Shown here piece after piece: positions 1-12,369 of a stretch of DNA of 64,000 nt. The position numbers and the translations under genes were made by a program. Numbering within the stretch: position 1 is the first letter of the stretch; each line of letters begins with the position of its first letter. Source of the stretch: Octopus sinensis. Its lineage: Eukaryota. Location of the stretch: the NCBI RefSeq assembly GCF_006345805.1, contig NC_043007.1, positions 66,712,001 through 66,776,000 on the forward strand. Reading direction: 5' to 3'. The notes under the pieces are model-generated. The model saw only the letters and a program-made list of their open reading frames with translations, searched no databases and had not been told where the DNA came from.

Positions 1-142
1 GTTAAACTCATTTTTGCCAGCTGGACTGGAGCAAAGCGAAATAACGCATCTAGCTTAAGGACACAAGACGCTGCCAAGTATCGAACTCACGACCTTACGA
101 ACGCGAACCAAATATGCTAATTACTAAGCCACGTGCCTTCAC
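1..142 (-). mobile_element. tRNA-derived SINE 5' head (truncated by window edge)
   Basis: Reverse complement reads tgtgaaggcacgTGGCTTAGTAATTAGc...GAGTTCGATACttggcagcgtcttgtgtccttaag: Pol III A-box and B-box followed by a SINE core-like segment. Confidence 0.7.
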
Positions 143-768
143 ATACACACACACGCACATACACACTCACACACACAAATATATATATATACATATATAT
201 ATATATATGTATATGTATATGTATAAGTATATATGTATACATATATACATACATACATTCGTGCATACATACATACATATGTATGTATATGTGTATATAT
301 TTATAAATGTGTGTGTGTATATATACATTCATACACATATACACACACACATATATGTATGTTTGTATGTATGTATATAAACATGTATGTATGCATGTAT
401 GTATATATATATAAAAACATTTTATATCGTATAATGCCTGATAAATAATGTCAAAAATATATAACAATATTGAAAGTTAAATACAAAGACAAAAAGTGTG
501 AGAGCGATCAGCTTATCCATAGATAGACGTCATACAGACAGAAATAAGCAGCCCAATTGATAAGACAAACGCACATATGCATAGAAATTACTTTATTGAT
601 AAATTCATTCACTGGATAGAATGGACACAAACACGTAAATTTTCTTTTTCTGTAGCTCCCTCTCTCTTGCTTTCTTTCTTTCTCAATCTCTTCCTCCCAC
701 ACACATTCCCATTTGCTATCATTCTCCTCCTCTCTCTCTCTCTCTCTATTTCTCTGTCTCTCTCTCTG

Positions 769-831
<63 letters not shown>

Positions 832-961
832 ATCAGACGCACATATATACAAAACCTGCAATAAAATAACACAAACATAATCACATTCGTCAGTAAACAA
901 AGAGTCAGACATAACATATATATGTGTTCATGTGTTCGCACGCTCGTGCATGAGTGTGTGT

Positions 962-1027
<66 letters not shown>

Positions 1028-1050
1028 GTGTGTGTATGTGTGTGTGTGTG
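143..1050. repeat. Microsatellite mosaic: (AC)n/(AT)n/(TACA)n ~143-420, (CT)n ~661-835, (GT)n ~955-1050
   Basis: Directly visible simple repeats; they generate the low-complexity ORFs in the track. Confidence 0.95.
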
Positions 1051-1310
1051 AACGAAAATAAAATAGAAAAGGGGAAAAAAAAGTAATATTATCTTAAATA
1101 CGTGAACAGAACTAAGAGATCCATTAAGGCCACTTTTCCTAATATAATCTACATTAGTTTCATTAAGCTTGCTTCAGCTCATCACCATGAAATATATTGG
1201 CAGTATTGTTTATATCACACTTTCATTGATTTATAATGGAAACGGAGGGGATATATTATACTTAGTGTGTTGTGTGTGTGTATGTATGTATCTGCATTTG
1301 TGTGTGTGTG

Positions 1311-1349
<39 letters not shown>

Positions 1350-1589
1350 TGTGTATGTATGCGAACAATATTGCTGAATTGAAAAATAATAGTTGGAAGG
1401 AAAATGAAAGAAGGGTGCAAAGTTAATATAAATAAAAAAATTCATTGCATCTTCTACGCCCGTTTCCAAGTTCACGCCATCCACCTGGGATAGTTATTGG
1501 TTATTCAGATATGAGGACAGAAAGCATTGAGTAAGTAGAGGCATTCGTTGTTGTTCAACACCTGTTTCTAAGTTCCACCAACCACATGA

Positions 1590-2218
1590 AATCTGCTGGT
1601 TATTAAGGAACAATTAGACCTTCCGACGCCGTTGCTACAATATGCCATGCTACCAGTCGTCAACACTGCTCTAGAACACGCAGACACGTACACAATCACA
1701 CATATATGTGAGCGTCGCGTAGTGTCAGACTAGTGGCAAACCAGCGCCACTATCCAAAGAAGATTGACTTGGAGCAACTGAAGAGCTACAGGGAGAAAGG
1801 CTAAAAGAGGTGAAGCTTTACTCTCAAGAGATAAGGCGTGAAAGATATGCAATGAAATTCATATGCAAAATCCTGGAAAGTATAGCTTCCCAGTTTTTGA
1901 AAGCTATATCAATTATCGAACTGGACAGCATTCCATAATACCAAAGCTCGTGTCTTCTTCACCAAGAATAAGGGCCCACTACTGTAACAGTTTGGGTTTC
2001 AAGTGTCTACAACTGTTCGAAATTTTGCCAAACAACCCCAGAAACTTGCGAGGTATAGATGTGGAGGTCTTCAAAGAACTTCTGGCCAAATTCTTATCAG
2101 AAAAACTGGATGAACCCACATCACTGCAGGGCGGGGCACAAAGAAGAGCAGTTCTGTCCAACTTGCTACTTCATCAGAAACAATACATAAAAAAAATATT
2201 CAATCACATTGAAAAGTG
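1590..2218 (+). mobile_element. CR1-like LINE, decayed ORF2 3' end
   Basis: Reads ERLKEVKLYSQEIRRERYAM at ~1795-1855, then ORF 1863-2219 with NSLGFKCLQLFEILP..RNL.G.DV..FK..L..FL....DEP. These match the post-RT C-terminal motifs of CR1/L2-group ORF2. Stops and frameshifts are present. Confidence 0.75.
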
Positions 2219-2939
2219 ATGCCCAAGCATGGCCTTAGTCTCTGGCTGAAACATACCTATGCGTATGTGGTTGTGTGTGTGTGTGAATATATATATATAT
2301 ATGTGTGTGTGTGTGCGTGTGTATGAGTTCGCATATATGTAATATATATATGTGTATATATATGTATGTATTATGTATGTATGTATGTATGTACGTATAC
2401 ATATATATGTGTATGTCTACAGACGCACAGACTCAAATGCATACATTGTTTGCGACTATATTTATCGTTATTTACAGCCTCCCTCTCTCTCCTCCCCTTG
2501 CTACGACATTATTCACTCCTTCATATTTCTCCTCTCTTTCAATCACTTACAGCATATTCAGAGAGCTACACAGTGTTTCATTTAAATAAAGGTCAAACCA
2601 AACATCCCTTGAACTCACAGGCACACAAACACACACACACACACGCGCGCGCGCGCGCGCGCATGCACGCACACAATCTCATGTTGTGTTATTTGTTTCG
2701 TTATATTGAGTTCGCCATTTTTGTACTGTACTCCCTTCATTTCTATTTATCTTTGTCTCAGATTAATTTGTGCAATCTGAGGTCAGAATCGCTCGTGGCC
2801 TTATTCTTAATCTTTGGTCTAGATCTGGTTTGTGATCGAAAATCTCGACGACAAAATAACGATTGTTTATATATTTATTTATTTGTCTATCAATGATTTA
2901 TTTTATTTTTTTCTATTTGTTTCTTGTCCTTATCATCTG

Positions 2940-4845
2940 CTGACATCTCTGTTGATTGCATGTGGTCGTAACGACTCACGACTGAACACTAACCCATCAA
3001 GATTTTTAGACAATATCAAACATTTCTGCCTGGAAAGCACTCTGTTTACTCCCCACCTTTTTTTTACCTCTTTGCTTTACTGTATATTAGGTTATTATTT
3101 TGTTTCTAAATTTTCTTTTTAGATCATATCGACCATGTATGTTATTTCTCGGGGTGCATTCATATTCTATCCACTACCTAATCTATCAACATGAGTCTAA
3201 ATTATACATTACACTGAAGCCTCAGAATCATGTTTAACGACTAACATTTAAGTTAGAAAGTGTATACGTTTTAGATAAAATTAACCACATATGCCTATCA
3301 CTATGAGATAATATCCTATACTTACGTCTGGAACAATGTCAAATCAATGTCTACCAAAAATATGTTTAGATATTTACGAATATAAGTCGTAAATTGGTAT
3401 ATAATTTAGCAGACTGACAATATACTTGAATATACTTCGCTAAGAAGGTCTTATAAAGACCGAAACATGTTCTTTGTCCTCATCTGTCGGCTTTAAAGTC
3501 CATATCTACACCAATCCATATTGTCTATATTGTTCAAATATTTCGTTAAACTGCTTTTTTTGAAGTTATTTCCTTTAGTTATTTTTAGATTTTCAACGGC
3601 TAAAGAGTTTCTTTAATTATTATTTCAATAATCTGTTTATCAAATATTTTCCATTCATTATGTAGCATTTGTGAGATTCATCTATATTTTCATTTAGTAT
3701 ATAGAATGCTCCTTTGTGGCATTTTAGTCTGGAACAATGTTAACTGCTTGTCCAAAGCATTTTCATTAGTTTGTCCCAAAGGAAAGCGTTCAAGTCTATA
3801 CCCCACTCATAGCTGCTGAAGTCTCTATACTTGGCAAAAAAACCTGCTACTCTCATTACTGCCATTGAGAGGCTTACAAAGACCTAAGCAACAATTCTAA
3901 CACTTATAAATGAGAGCAGAACCATCGTCTCCAATGCTATAAATATTTCAAAGGGAATATTCCAAAGATATAGTCTTTTTGTAATTCTCTACACTTTGGC
4001 ATTTAATCCATTTCCATTTCTGCTGCTAAAATCAACTGGCCACACTCTAGGGTCTACAACTGCTAAAGATACCAGCGTAATTCATAATGTCTCAAGACAA
4101 TATCTCACAATGCATTTGCAGGGCTAGTGATGATTCCAACATTTGGGATATTTGGCTGGTCTGTAGAGGAAATCCACTCAACAGACATTAAAATCCCGAC
4201 ATCAACTGGAAACTTCCACGGAAACAGTGATATCGACAGAATCTACCTAAGGAAAAGAAGGTGAGTGCGTGTGATCAGTGCAGACAGTCTTCAAATGCCG
4301 AATAGTCTCTCACAGACAGCACTTGCTAAACAACAGTAGCAAAATAAATGCATGAATTTAGTGCTCAGAAGCGAAGAGATCAACATTCTACGTTCCGGCA
4401 GTGAACTGGTCAAGAAACAATCTTCTGACGACCTCCCATACAATTCCGAAGCGGCTGTACTAAATTGTCCCAAAGAAAACCTAGATGTGAAATGCTCAGC
4501 ATACCATAAAGGAAAAAAAAGACTATGCATAGGAATGTTTCCCCGAAGAAATGAAGACGACGGAAATATCGCCATGAAGTGCAGTGGCTCCTGGACACTT
4601 GACAGCTACATCATATAACATTTCGAAAATTATGCATTTGCAATCCAAGAACAAGAGATTGCTCTGAAATACTTATCAAACAAAACAAAAAAAGACAGTG
4701 AAACACTCGGAGGCCCAAAGTGCAATTGAAAATGTAGATTATATTATATTTCTGTGTTTCTGTGAAAGACATCACTTATGCCCAAAAATCACATGGCATT
4801 GTCGTTAGAACAATATACGATGCCATCCAAAAAAAGAGAGACCGT
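2940..4845 (+). mobile_element. R4/Dong-clade non-LTR retrotransposon remnant (RT plus start of CCHC/RLE region), heavily decayed
   Basis: Colinear motifs: ISAWKA(P) ~3015-3040; KAFKSIPHS*LLKSLYLAK ~3780-3840; TIVSNAINISKGIFQRYSLFVILYTLAFNPFPFLL ~3920-4025 (cf. GIFQGDSLSP..F.LALNPLS.LL); AFAIQEQEIALKYL ~4633-4675; KCN*KCRL ~4718-4742; HGIVVRTIYDAI ~4790-4830. Confidence 0.75.
3340..3726 (+). mobile_element. ~387-bp insertion in the R4 remnant, carrying a hammerhead-like relic (Penelope-type non-autonomous?)
   Basis: Flanked by the direct repeat gtctggaacaatgt (3326-3339 and 3727-3740). Contains ct-aaga-a-GGTC-ttataaa-GACC-gaaac-atgtt at 3440-3472. Confidence 0.45.
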
Positions 4846-4862
4846 CCTCGAATAAATTACCT

Positions 4863-4988
4863 CTGCCGGAGCCGCGTAGAGCTTAGATGTTTCGCTCATT
4901 AACACACACATCGCCCGGTCTGAGATTCGAACCCGCGATCCTTCGACCGCGAGTCCGCTGCTCTAACCACTAGGCCATGTGCCTCCAC
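4863..4988 (-). mobile_element. tRNA-Arg(TCG)-related SINE head (octopus OR-like)
   Basis: Reverse complement gtggaggcacaTGGCCTAGTGGTTAGagcagcggacTCGcggtcgaaggatcgcGGGTTCGAATCtcagaccgggcgatgtg...: A/B boxes and a TCG anticodon loop, but no paired acceptor stem, and it continues into SINE body sequence. Confidence 0.75.
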
Positions 4989-5069
4989 TAGCTTTGCTTA
5001 CTCAGTAGCATTTATCTATATTGATGCAACTAAATATTAAAGATTTACTCACCAACTCGCAACAAACTC

Positions 5070-5246
5070 TGAGAATTCCACTCTCTTTCTTTTTCTCCCT
5101 TTCTTTCTCTCTCGCCTCTTTATCTTTCTATCTTTCTGTCCATCCTTCGTTCTCTATCTTTTTCTCTATCTTTCTCTCTATCTCTCTCCGTCTTTCTTTC
5201 TGCCTGTCTCTTTCTGTGACTTTTTCTCCCTCTTTACATTTCTTTC

Positions 5247-5302
<56 letters not shown>

Positions 5303-5596
5303 ATCGATCTATCTATTTTTTATCTAGCTATCTTTATCTATATCTGTCTTTCTTTCTGTATCTCTCCCTGATTTTCTATCTGCTTCGCTTTCTCTCTCTC
5401 TGTCTCTCTCTCTCTCTGACTATCTCTGTCTCTCCCTCTCTCTCTCTCTCACTGTCTGTTTCTTTTTCTCTCTTTCTATTACTCTCTGCTTATATATCCA
5501 TTTCTCTCTATCTCTATCTACATTTCTTCGTCATTGTCTATTTATCTGCCTCTCTGTCTCTCTGTTTCTCTCTTTCTCTCTCTGCTTTTCTAAATG

Positions 5597-5645
<49 letters not shown>

Positions 5646-5830
5646 GTGTTTTTTTCTGTTTCTTTCGCTTTCCCCCTCTCTCTCCATACTTTTCCCTCTG
5701 TCTTTCTTTCTCTTTCTTCGTCCTTCTCCCAGCCTTTCTCTTTGTCCCGTTATTTCTTCCCCCTCTCTCCCTCTATCTATCTATCTATCTCTATTTATCT
5801 ATCTATCTATCTCTGTCTATCTATCTATCC
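5070..5830. repeat. Pyrimidine-rich (CT)n/(TATC)n low-complexity tract
   Basis: Directly visible. Confidence 0.9.
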
Positions 5831-6349
5831 CGTATATCTCTACTACAATTGACAGTATCTCTCTGAACAATTTAGTTGGAAACTCTTCCCACTCACAGAC
5901 ATCTAACATAACACAACTATCCCGCCTCCTATCCTCTCCTCTTGTTCTATCTTTTCCCAGACCCTGCACTAAGGACTATCTCTAATCCTCCCTTCCAAGA
6001 ATCACAATCCTTTGGAATTTCCTTTCCCGTCAAAAATATCTTTCTTCAGAAGGCGACTTACATATGTTGAAGCTAAATGTAACCCTTCTTGACATTTTCA
6101 ATCTCGCAGTTTTCAGAGGGTCATCAGCACAACCATGTTCCGACTAAGCTCCCGTAAAAAATGCTGTCACGCTAATACTGCCGAGAAGGGCTGTGCACAT
6201 CTAACAGTTGACCCCTAAAAAATGTCTGGCTTTCTGCTTAATCATAGAAATTATTAATAAAGTATTGGCTAGATTTTGGCATAAAGCAGTTGTCAGAAAC
6301 ATACAAAGGCGCATATATATATATATATATAATATATATATATATATAT

Positions 6350-6441
<92 letters not shown>

Positions 6442-6482
6442 TGGAGAAGAGAAATAACGCGTGCGTTCTGTCATATAGTAAT

Positions 6483-6556
6483 ATAATAAATAAATAAAAT
6501 ATATGCATATATACATTACATATATGTACATACTTACACATACATGTATATATACA

Positions 6557-6598
<42 letters not shown>

Positions 6599-6995
6599 TA
6601 CAGGACACCACAAATAAACGTAGAACACAACGAGAGACGAGAACATAAAATCAAACAAGGAAACGGACTTTTTTTAAACAACGAAAAAACAGAGTACAGG
6701 ACAAACAATATAGTTCGACTCAAAGTGTGTTTCGAAGTTCGAAACACACTTTGAGTCAAACCAGGGACAGCTGATAAAGGGGAATTTTCCTTGTATTGTT
6801 TGTCCTGTACTCTGTTTTTTCGTTGTTTAAAAAAAGTACGTTTCCTTGTTTGATTTTATGTTCTCGTCTCTCGTTGTGTTCTACGTTTATTTGTGGTGTC
6901 CTGTACTCATATATATATGCATGTATATATACATGTAGATGTAAGTATGTACATATATGTATGTATATATGCATATATTTTATTTATTTATTATA
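6483..6995. mobile_element. Foldback non-autonomous element ('gtacaggacacc' family, probably Penelope-derived) in (TA)n
   Basis: Inverted arms 6593-6710 and 6794-6911 (118 bp, about one mismatch), with similarity extending into degenerate TA-rich flanks. An internal perfect 20-bp hairpin lies at 6717-6757. The same family occurs at 45325-45580 and 57720-57972. Confidence 0.7.
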
Positions 6996-7293
6996 TTAAT
7001 ATATATATATATATATATATAGATATACATACATACATACATACATACATACATAAATACATGAATATATACATACACATATACATAAATACATATATAT
7101 TATATATATTCAAATAAATATGACATACAGGCATATATATATACACATTCATATATAAATGTATATATACATACTCATACATAACTATATATATGCACAT
7201 ATATGTATTATATATACAAACATATATATATATACGTACATATGTATACATATATTCATAAAAATATGTACATATGTATATATATTCATAAAA

Positions 7294-7375
<82 letters not shown>

Positions 7376-7392
7376 CTATATATATATATATA

Positions 7393-7425
<33 letters not shown>

Positions 7426-8149
7426 ACTATATCGTACTTATGGGATATTTGGCGGGCAATTTAACTGGCCTTGTGCATACGTGCATAAGACTTTAATAAT
7501 TGATTTTTATTAATAAAAGTTACATACTCTAAACTAATTAATAAACGACATTCTTTGTTGTAGAATAGATGTTTTTTCCCTTTCTCTAGAAGATATCATT
7601 TTTCTATTCCGTCCATTCTCCACTTGGACTTCGGCTATAAAACGCTATACAGCGTTATTTTCGGGATCCATTTCATTTTTTTAAAATTTAGTGCCATAAA
7701 TTTTTTTTAAAGTTATTTATAACCAAAGAAATTCTCACTAAATGAAAACCAAGATAAATTGTTTTTTAATTTGAATACTGAATGCTTTTAACACAGGAAT
7801 TCGATTACGAATTCTCTTCTCAAAAGATCATTGATAACAATATGTTTTCATTCTTGTTACACTAGCAATAAGACAAGTATAACAAATGTGCAACATCTGG
7901 TGATAATTATTTTATTTTTCTACATGTTTCAGTCATTGGACTGCGGTCATGCTACTGCATCAACTTGAAGAGATTATTCACTCAAATCTTGTACTTATAC
8001 TTATTTTTTCGGTCTGTTGATGAGGTGTTATGTTATGGAGGCGTAAAGAAACAACACCGGTTATTGAACGATGGAGGAACTAAAACAGAAACACAAATGC
8101 ACCCAGGTACCAATACACACACAAGCACGCGCACACAAAACGACATGTT

Positions 8150-8285
8150 TCTAGTCACTGTCAACCAAATTCATTCACAAAGCATTGGTCGACCCGTAGT
8201 TATCGTAGAACAGATTTGCTCAAGAAAAGATTTGCCACGTAATGGTACTGAACCCGAAACTACGTAGTTAGGAAGTGAACCTTTT
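8150..8285 (-). mobile_element. SINE family B fragment (head/core), degenerate
   Basis: Similar to the reverse complement of the full copy at 22147-22568 (aaccaaattcattcacaaagcattggtcgacccg...actgaacccgaaactacgtagtt). Confidence 0.6.
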
Positions 8286-8445
8286 CTGCATACAGACTCT
8301 TACCTGTGCAAATAAAAATGTGTAACACAGGTATTGGTCCATGAAGGAAGAGATAGCTGTCATAACGTTCTTCAGCGCCTCGAAGACTGATAGGAACAAT
8401 AGTGGAAGTTATAATCATCAAACCAGATACCTGGACAGAGGGGTC

Positions 8446-8569
8446 GTGACATCGAGGACTCGCGTGAAAGCTTGCGACATCGAGGACTCGCGTGAAAGCT
8501 TGTGACATCGAGGACTCGTGTCAAGGCTCACGTCATCCAGGACTCGCGTGAAAGCACACAACATCGAGA
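8446..8569. repeat. 28-bp CpG-rich minisatellite, ~4.4 copies (gtgacatcgaggactcgcgtgaaagctt)
   Basis: The acatcg/tcatcc motif recurs at 8449, 8477, 8505, 8533 and 8561. There are no spacers. Confidence 0.9.
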
Positions 8570-9160
8570 CAGTTGTTGTTTAGAGGGTAGCGGTTTGAGG
8601 ATCTACATTGTCTTTCGGGGGTGTTTCTGGTATGTTTATATTTATTGTGATTGAGTATTATTGACACTATATTGGAGAGAAAATTATAGCTAACTTCAGC
8701 AGTATTGCTATTGAAGATCTTGTATTTGTGTGAATGTTGAAGTGATTGTCTATTAGCTGTAAGAATTTCCTACCAATGTTACTAGCTACATTTAAGCCAT
8801 AAGGTGAGTTAAACCATAAGATTTTCCTCTGACTGCGTCTTTGTTTATTTATATTTGATTCAATGTAGTATATGCTATTCTTGAAATTGGACCTTTCTAA
8901 TGCAGCATTATAATATAAGGCGGCTTTTTAAAAAAGTGTCTTTGTCGGCGGATAAACTGGAGACGCGCCTGCTAATGTTGTTAACCATTTGTCTAATTAC
9001 TGCTGGTGGGTGGGTTGGAGTCTATGTACGAGACTTCCTCGTTTAGTTTGTGCTAGGGTTCAAATTTTCCTGTGTTAATGCCTAGAAAGTTCACTTCTTT
9101 AAGGTTTGTACTGATTGTTGTTCTTAGGCCTAATTGGTTAAATATGTTACATAATTGTAT
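8565..9160 (-). mobile_element. Penelope-like element fragment (RT thumb/linker to start of GIY-YIG region), Naiad-type
   Basis: Reverse complement translates with frameshifts to IFNQLGLRTTISTNLKEVNFL...PPAVIRQMVNNISRRVSSLS...YYNAALERS...RKILWFNSPYGLNVASNIGRKFLQLIDNHF...KIFNSNTAEVSY...QCRSSNRYPLNNNCL, matching the WFNPPYS..V.TN.G..FL.LI..HFP / CNCR..CPL.G.CL pattern. The clade name is from recall. Confidence 0.75.
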
Positions 9161-9486
9161 ATATATACGACAGGCTTCTTTCAGTTTCCGTCTACCATGC
9201 TGCTGCTGCTGTTGCTACTACTGCCGCTGATGATGATGATGGTGAGGAGGAGGAGGAGGTGATAGTGGTTGTGCAGGCGGTGGTGATTACGATGGCGTTG
9301 ACGTCATCATCAACAACCGTGTGATGTGACAACGAAAATAATGGCGACGACAATCACAATGATGACGACGTCGACGACGATGATAGCGACGATTATGTGA
9401 TTGTGAATGCAGATAAATAAATACTTATAGATAGTTTTGATTTTCTTTATTATTATCATTATTATTATTATTATTGTGTATATTGT

Positions 9487-9519
<33 letters not shown>

Positions 9520-9924
9520 CATGCCTGTTTGTGAGAGGCAGACCGGGAGAAAGAGAGAGAGAGAGAGAGAGAGAGAAGTGTGTCTGATCAGTTAATTAAC
9601 GACGTGCATTTAACAGTGATTAAGAGATTAAAACTGTTTATTCGATTAAGCAGAGATTACTGAGCAACAGAAATCATGACTAATATAAGAGATGCGATGC
9701 GACTGGAATATTTCTGAGAAAAAAACCATCTGTCGTAATGCTTAGTTTATCGCAAGAGAATTTTGATCCTTGCTCATTCGAATTCAAATGTTGGGAACCA
9801 ATCTGATTAAGAAATTCAGAATATTCTTACACCATATTCTTCTCAATTGTCGATCCATAAATATTTACAATGTACCACTTGGATATGAATCATTTTTCTA
9901 TATTTCTTTGTATAGGCGCAGACG

Positions 9925-10081
9925 TGACCGTGCGCTAAGACGTTTTCTTCCTAACCACATAATTCCTGGTTCAGTTCCTGCGTGACACTTTGGGCGAGTG
10001 TCTTCTACTATGTGAGTAGATTTGGCAGACCGACACTGGAAGAAGCTTGTCATATATGTGTGCGCGCACGTGCGTGTATGC

Positions 10082-10118
<37 letters not shown>

Positions 10119-10190
10119 TTTGTGTCTACGTTTGTCCCCCACGACCACTTGACAACGGGTGTTGGTGTGTCTACGTTTCTGAGCGATTTT
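9925..10190 (+). mobile_element. SINE family B copy with internal (GT)n
   Basis: aaccacataattcctggttcagttcctgcgtgacactttgggcgagtgtcttctactatg...(gt)n...tttgtcccccacgaccacttgacaacgggtgttggtgtg, colinear with 22147-22568. Confidence 0.7.
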
Positions 10191-10664
10191 TCATGAGTAT
10201 CATTAATTAATACATATGCACACACACACAACATACATGTTACATGCATATGATACATACATACATACATATATGTATAAATATATACAATGTATGCATG
10301 CGTACAAACATATTTTTTATGCGCTTGTATGTGTATGTGCGTGTGGTTATATGCTTGTGTGTGTGTGTGCGCGCGCATCTATATGTGTATGGACATGTGC
10401 GTTTTGTGTGGTGTGTGCGTGCACGTATGGAAGAATGTGTGTATATATGTGCGTGTGTAAGTAGTGGCTTTAGTCCTGCCTTACACAATATGTCGTTTGT
10501 TTTTGTTGTTTTCTTAAAAATCTTATAGTGTCCTATGAGAAAGATTTGGGGTTAGGGTTTGGGTCCTTGTACGGCGACCTCGTAAAGACTCCCCTATTAG
10601 CAGGATTTCAAGATGATTTTTACAGCAGTTGTGGCTTGTGACAGTAGTTGTGGTGATCATAGGG

Positions 10665-11360
10665 CAATGGCTGCAGTAGAGATATTTGGTGATATAGTAA
10701 TGTAGTTTCAGACCTCCTTTAGTCTGTGACAGGATATCCATGCTTGTACCTTCCTGATCATGATGAGTGCTTCCGAACAGCTCAACCACCCACCTAAGTA
10801 CATGAAGTCTTCAGCAACATTCAATTTGGAACCGCTCAAAGCAAACAATTCACTATCATTTGATTGTTTGAAAGACATGTATTCCGTTTTCTTGACATTT
10901 GTGTGCAGTCCTATTTTAGCAGCAGATGTTTCTATTCTGCTGAGTAGAGAATCAATGCCTTTATATGGCAGTGTAACATGGACACCGACAAAGAAATTAT
11001 CAAACAGGCTAAACGGATGCTACTCAAGGATACTACGGATGGCTCTAAATCTGAAACGGTTGTAACATATGAACAATGAATGTCTTTATGGAGACTTGCC
11101 GAAATTTGGCGAGATCAGGCAAAGACGGTTGCGACTACCTGGTCAGTGCATGCACCACTCTCAACTAGAAGCATCCAAATTAGTTTTGTGGAATCTACTT
11201 CGTGGTGATGTAAAACGAGGAAAACTTCGTCACATTCCTTCCACAACCTGACTGCAAGCACTGGCTTGAAATGCAGCCAGGAGATCGAAGCAGAGGTGAT
11301 GGACTGAGAAGAATAGCAGTTAGACTTTGCTGCTGAGGCCCAGGTTGGAACCTGGCCATA
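10665..11360 (+). mobile_element. RTE-type LINE 3' fragment with 5' inversion
   Basis: 10944-11357 on plus: VES.PLYGSVTWTPTKKLSNRLNGCYSRILRMALN...NECLYGDLPK...RQRRLRL.G.C...ASKLVLW, ending in an (AAT)n tail. ~10665-10947 on minus: LLSRIETSAAKIGLHTNVKKTEYMSF...EDFMYLGGW...IRKVQAW...LK.V, the RT segment that immediately precedes it. Confidence 0.75.
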
Positions 11361-11369
11361 ATAATAATA

Positions 11370-11582
11370 TTGTGGTTTTTCCTTCCTACTACAAAGGGAA
11401 GGGTTGGCTAGTCGATTACATGGGGTCCAGTGCATATCTGGTATCTATTTCGTCGGCCGCGAAAGAATGAACGGCGAAGTCGACCTCGGCGGAATTTGAA
11501 ATCAGAACGTAAGGCAGAACGTAAAGAAATGCCGCTAAGTATTTAGACCGGCGTGCTAACGATACCTCCAGCTCACCGCCTT
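11370..11582 (-). mobile_element. SINE family A monomer (tail type B)
   Basis: Reverse complement begins aaggcggtgagctgg...cgttagcacgccgg..., includes ttctgatttcaaattccgccgaggtcgac, same family as 23329-23928. Confidence 0.75.
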
Positions 11583-11589
11583 CAGTGTG

Positions 11590-12081
11590 ATCTAGTTGTT
11601 GCTATTGTTGATGATGGTAGTTGTAGTGGTGATGGTTGTATTGGTGGTGGTTGAAATGTTGTTTTTGACGTTGTTGTTGGTGGTGGATTTGATGGAAGTT
11701 GTAATAGTGATTATATGGTTATGGTATTACAGGAGTCGGGAAGCTGTGGTTGTTTTGGTGCCGATGGTAATGGCGGTGGAGCGGCGGTCGTGGTGATGAG
11801 TGTAAGGATGTTTAATATTGAGGTTTTAGTGCTGTAATAAAACTAGGTATATGTTAATGACGGTTTGGCAGCGGCGGCAGTGACAATAGAGGTAACGGCG
11901 GTGGCAATCAAAAGTGGTGGCGGCGGCGGTGGTGGTGGTGGTGGTCGTCGTCGTCGTCGTCGTCGTGGCGGCAGCGACGGCGACGCTGTTGGCCACTGTA
12001 ACTATTATTGGTAGCGGAGATGATACTGGGGTATACATGTGATTGTGACACAGATATGTGGTGGCTGTGGAGGAACCATAA

Positions 12082-12152
<71 letters not shown>

Positions 12153-12276
12153 TTTGTGATTGTAATAGTGATGGTTCATATGGGAGGAATGGTGCAAGCG
12201 TCGTTTTTATTGTTGGTGGTGGTGGTGGTGATGATGATGATGATGATAATGACGAATGATTATGATGATGATCATG

Positions 12277-12309
<33 letters not shown>

Positions 12310-12337
12310 CGGTAGTAGTAGTAGTAGCAGCAGCAGC

Positions 12338-12369
<32 letters not shown>

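Noticed and set aside
4915-4988. Functional tRNA-Arg(TCG) gene
   Set aside because: The acceptor stem does not pair and the sequence continues into a SINE body; treated as a SINE head.
8446-8569. 28-bp repeats as a CRISPR array
   Set aside because: The repeats are contiguous with no unique spacers, there are no cas genes and the context is eukaryotic.
8565-9160. Selenoprotein-type (UGA-recoded) Naiad element
   Set aside because: The fragment is decayed with frameshifts; no conserved in-frame UGA or SECIS can be supported.
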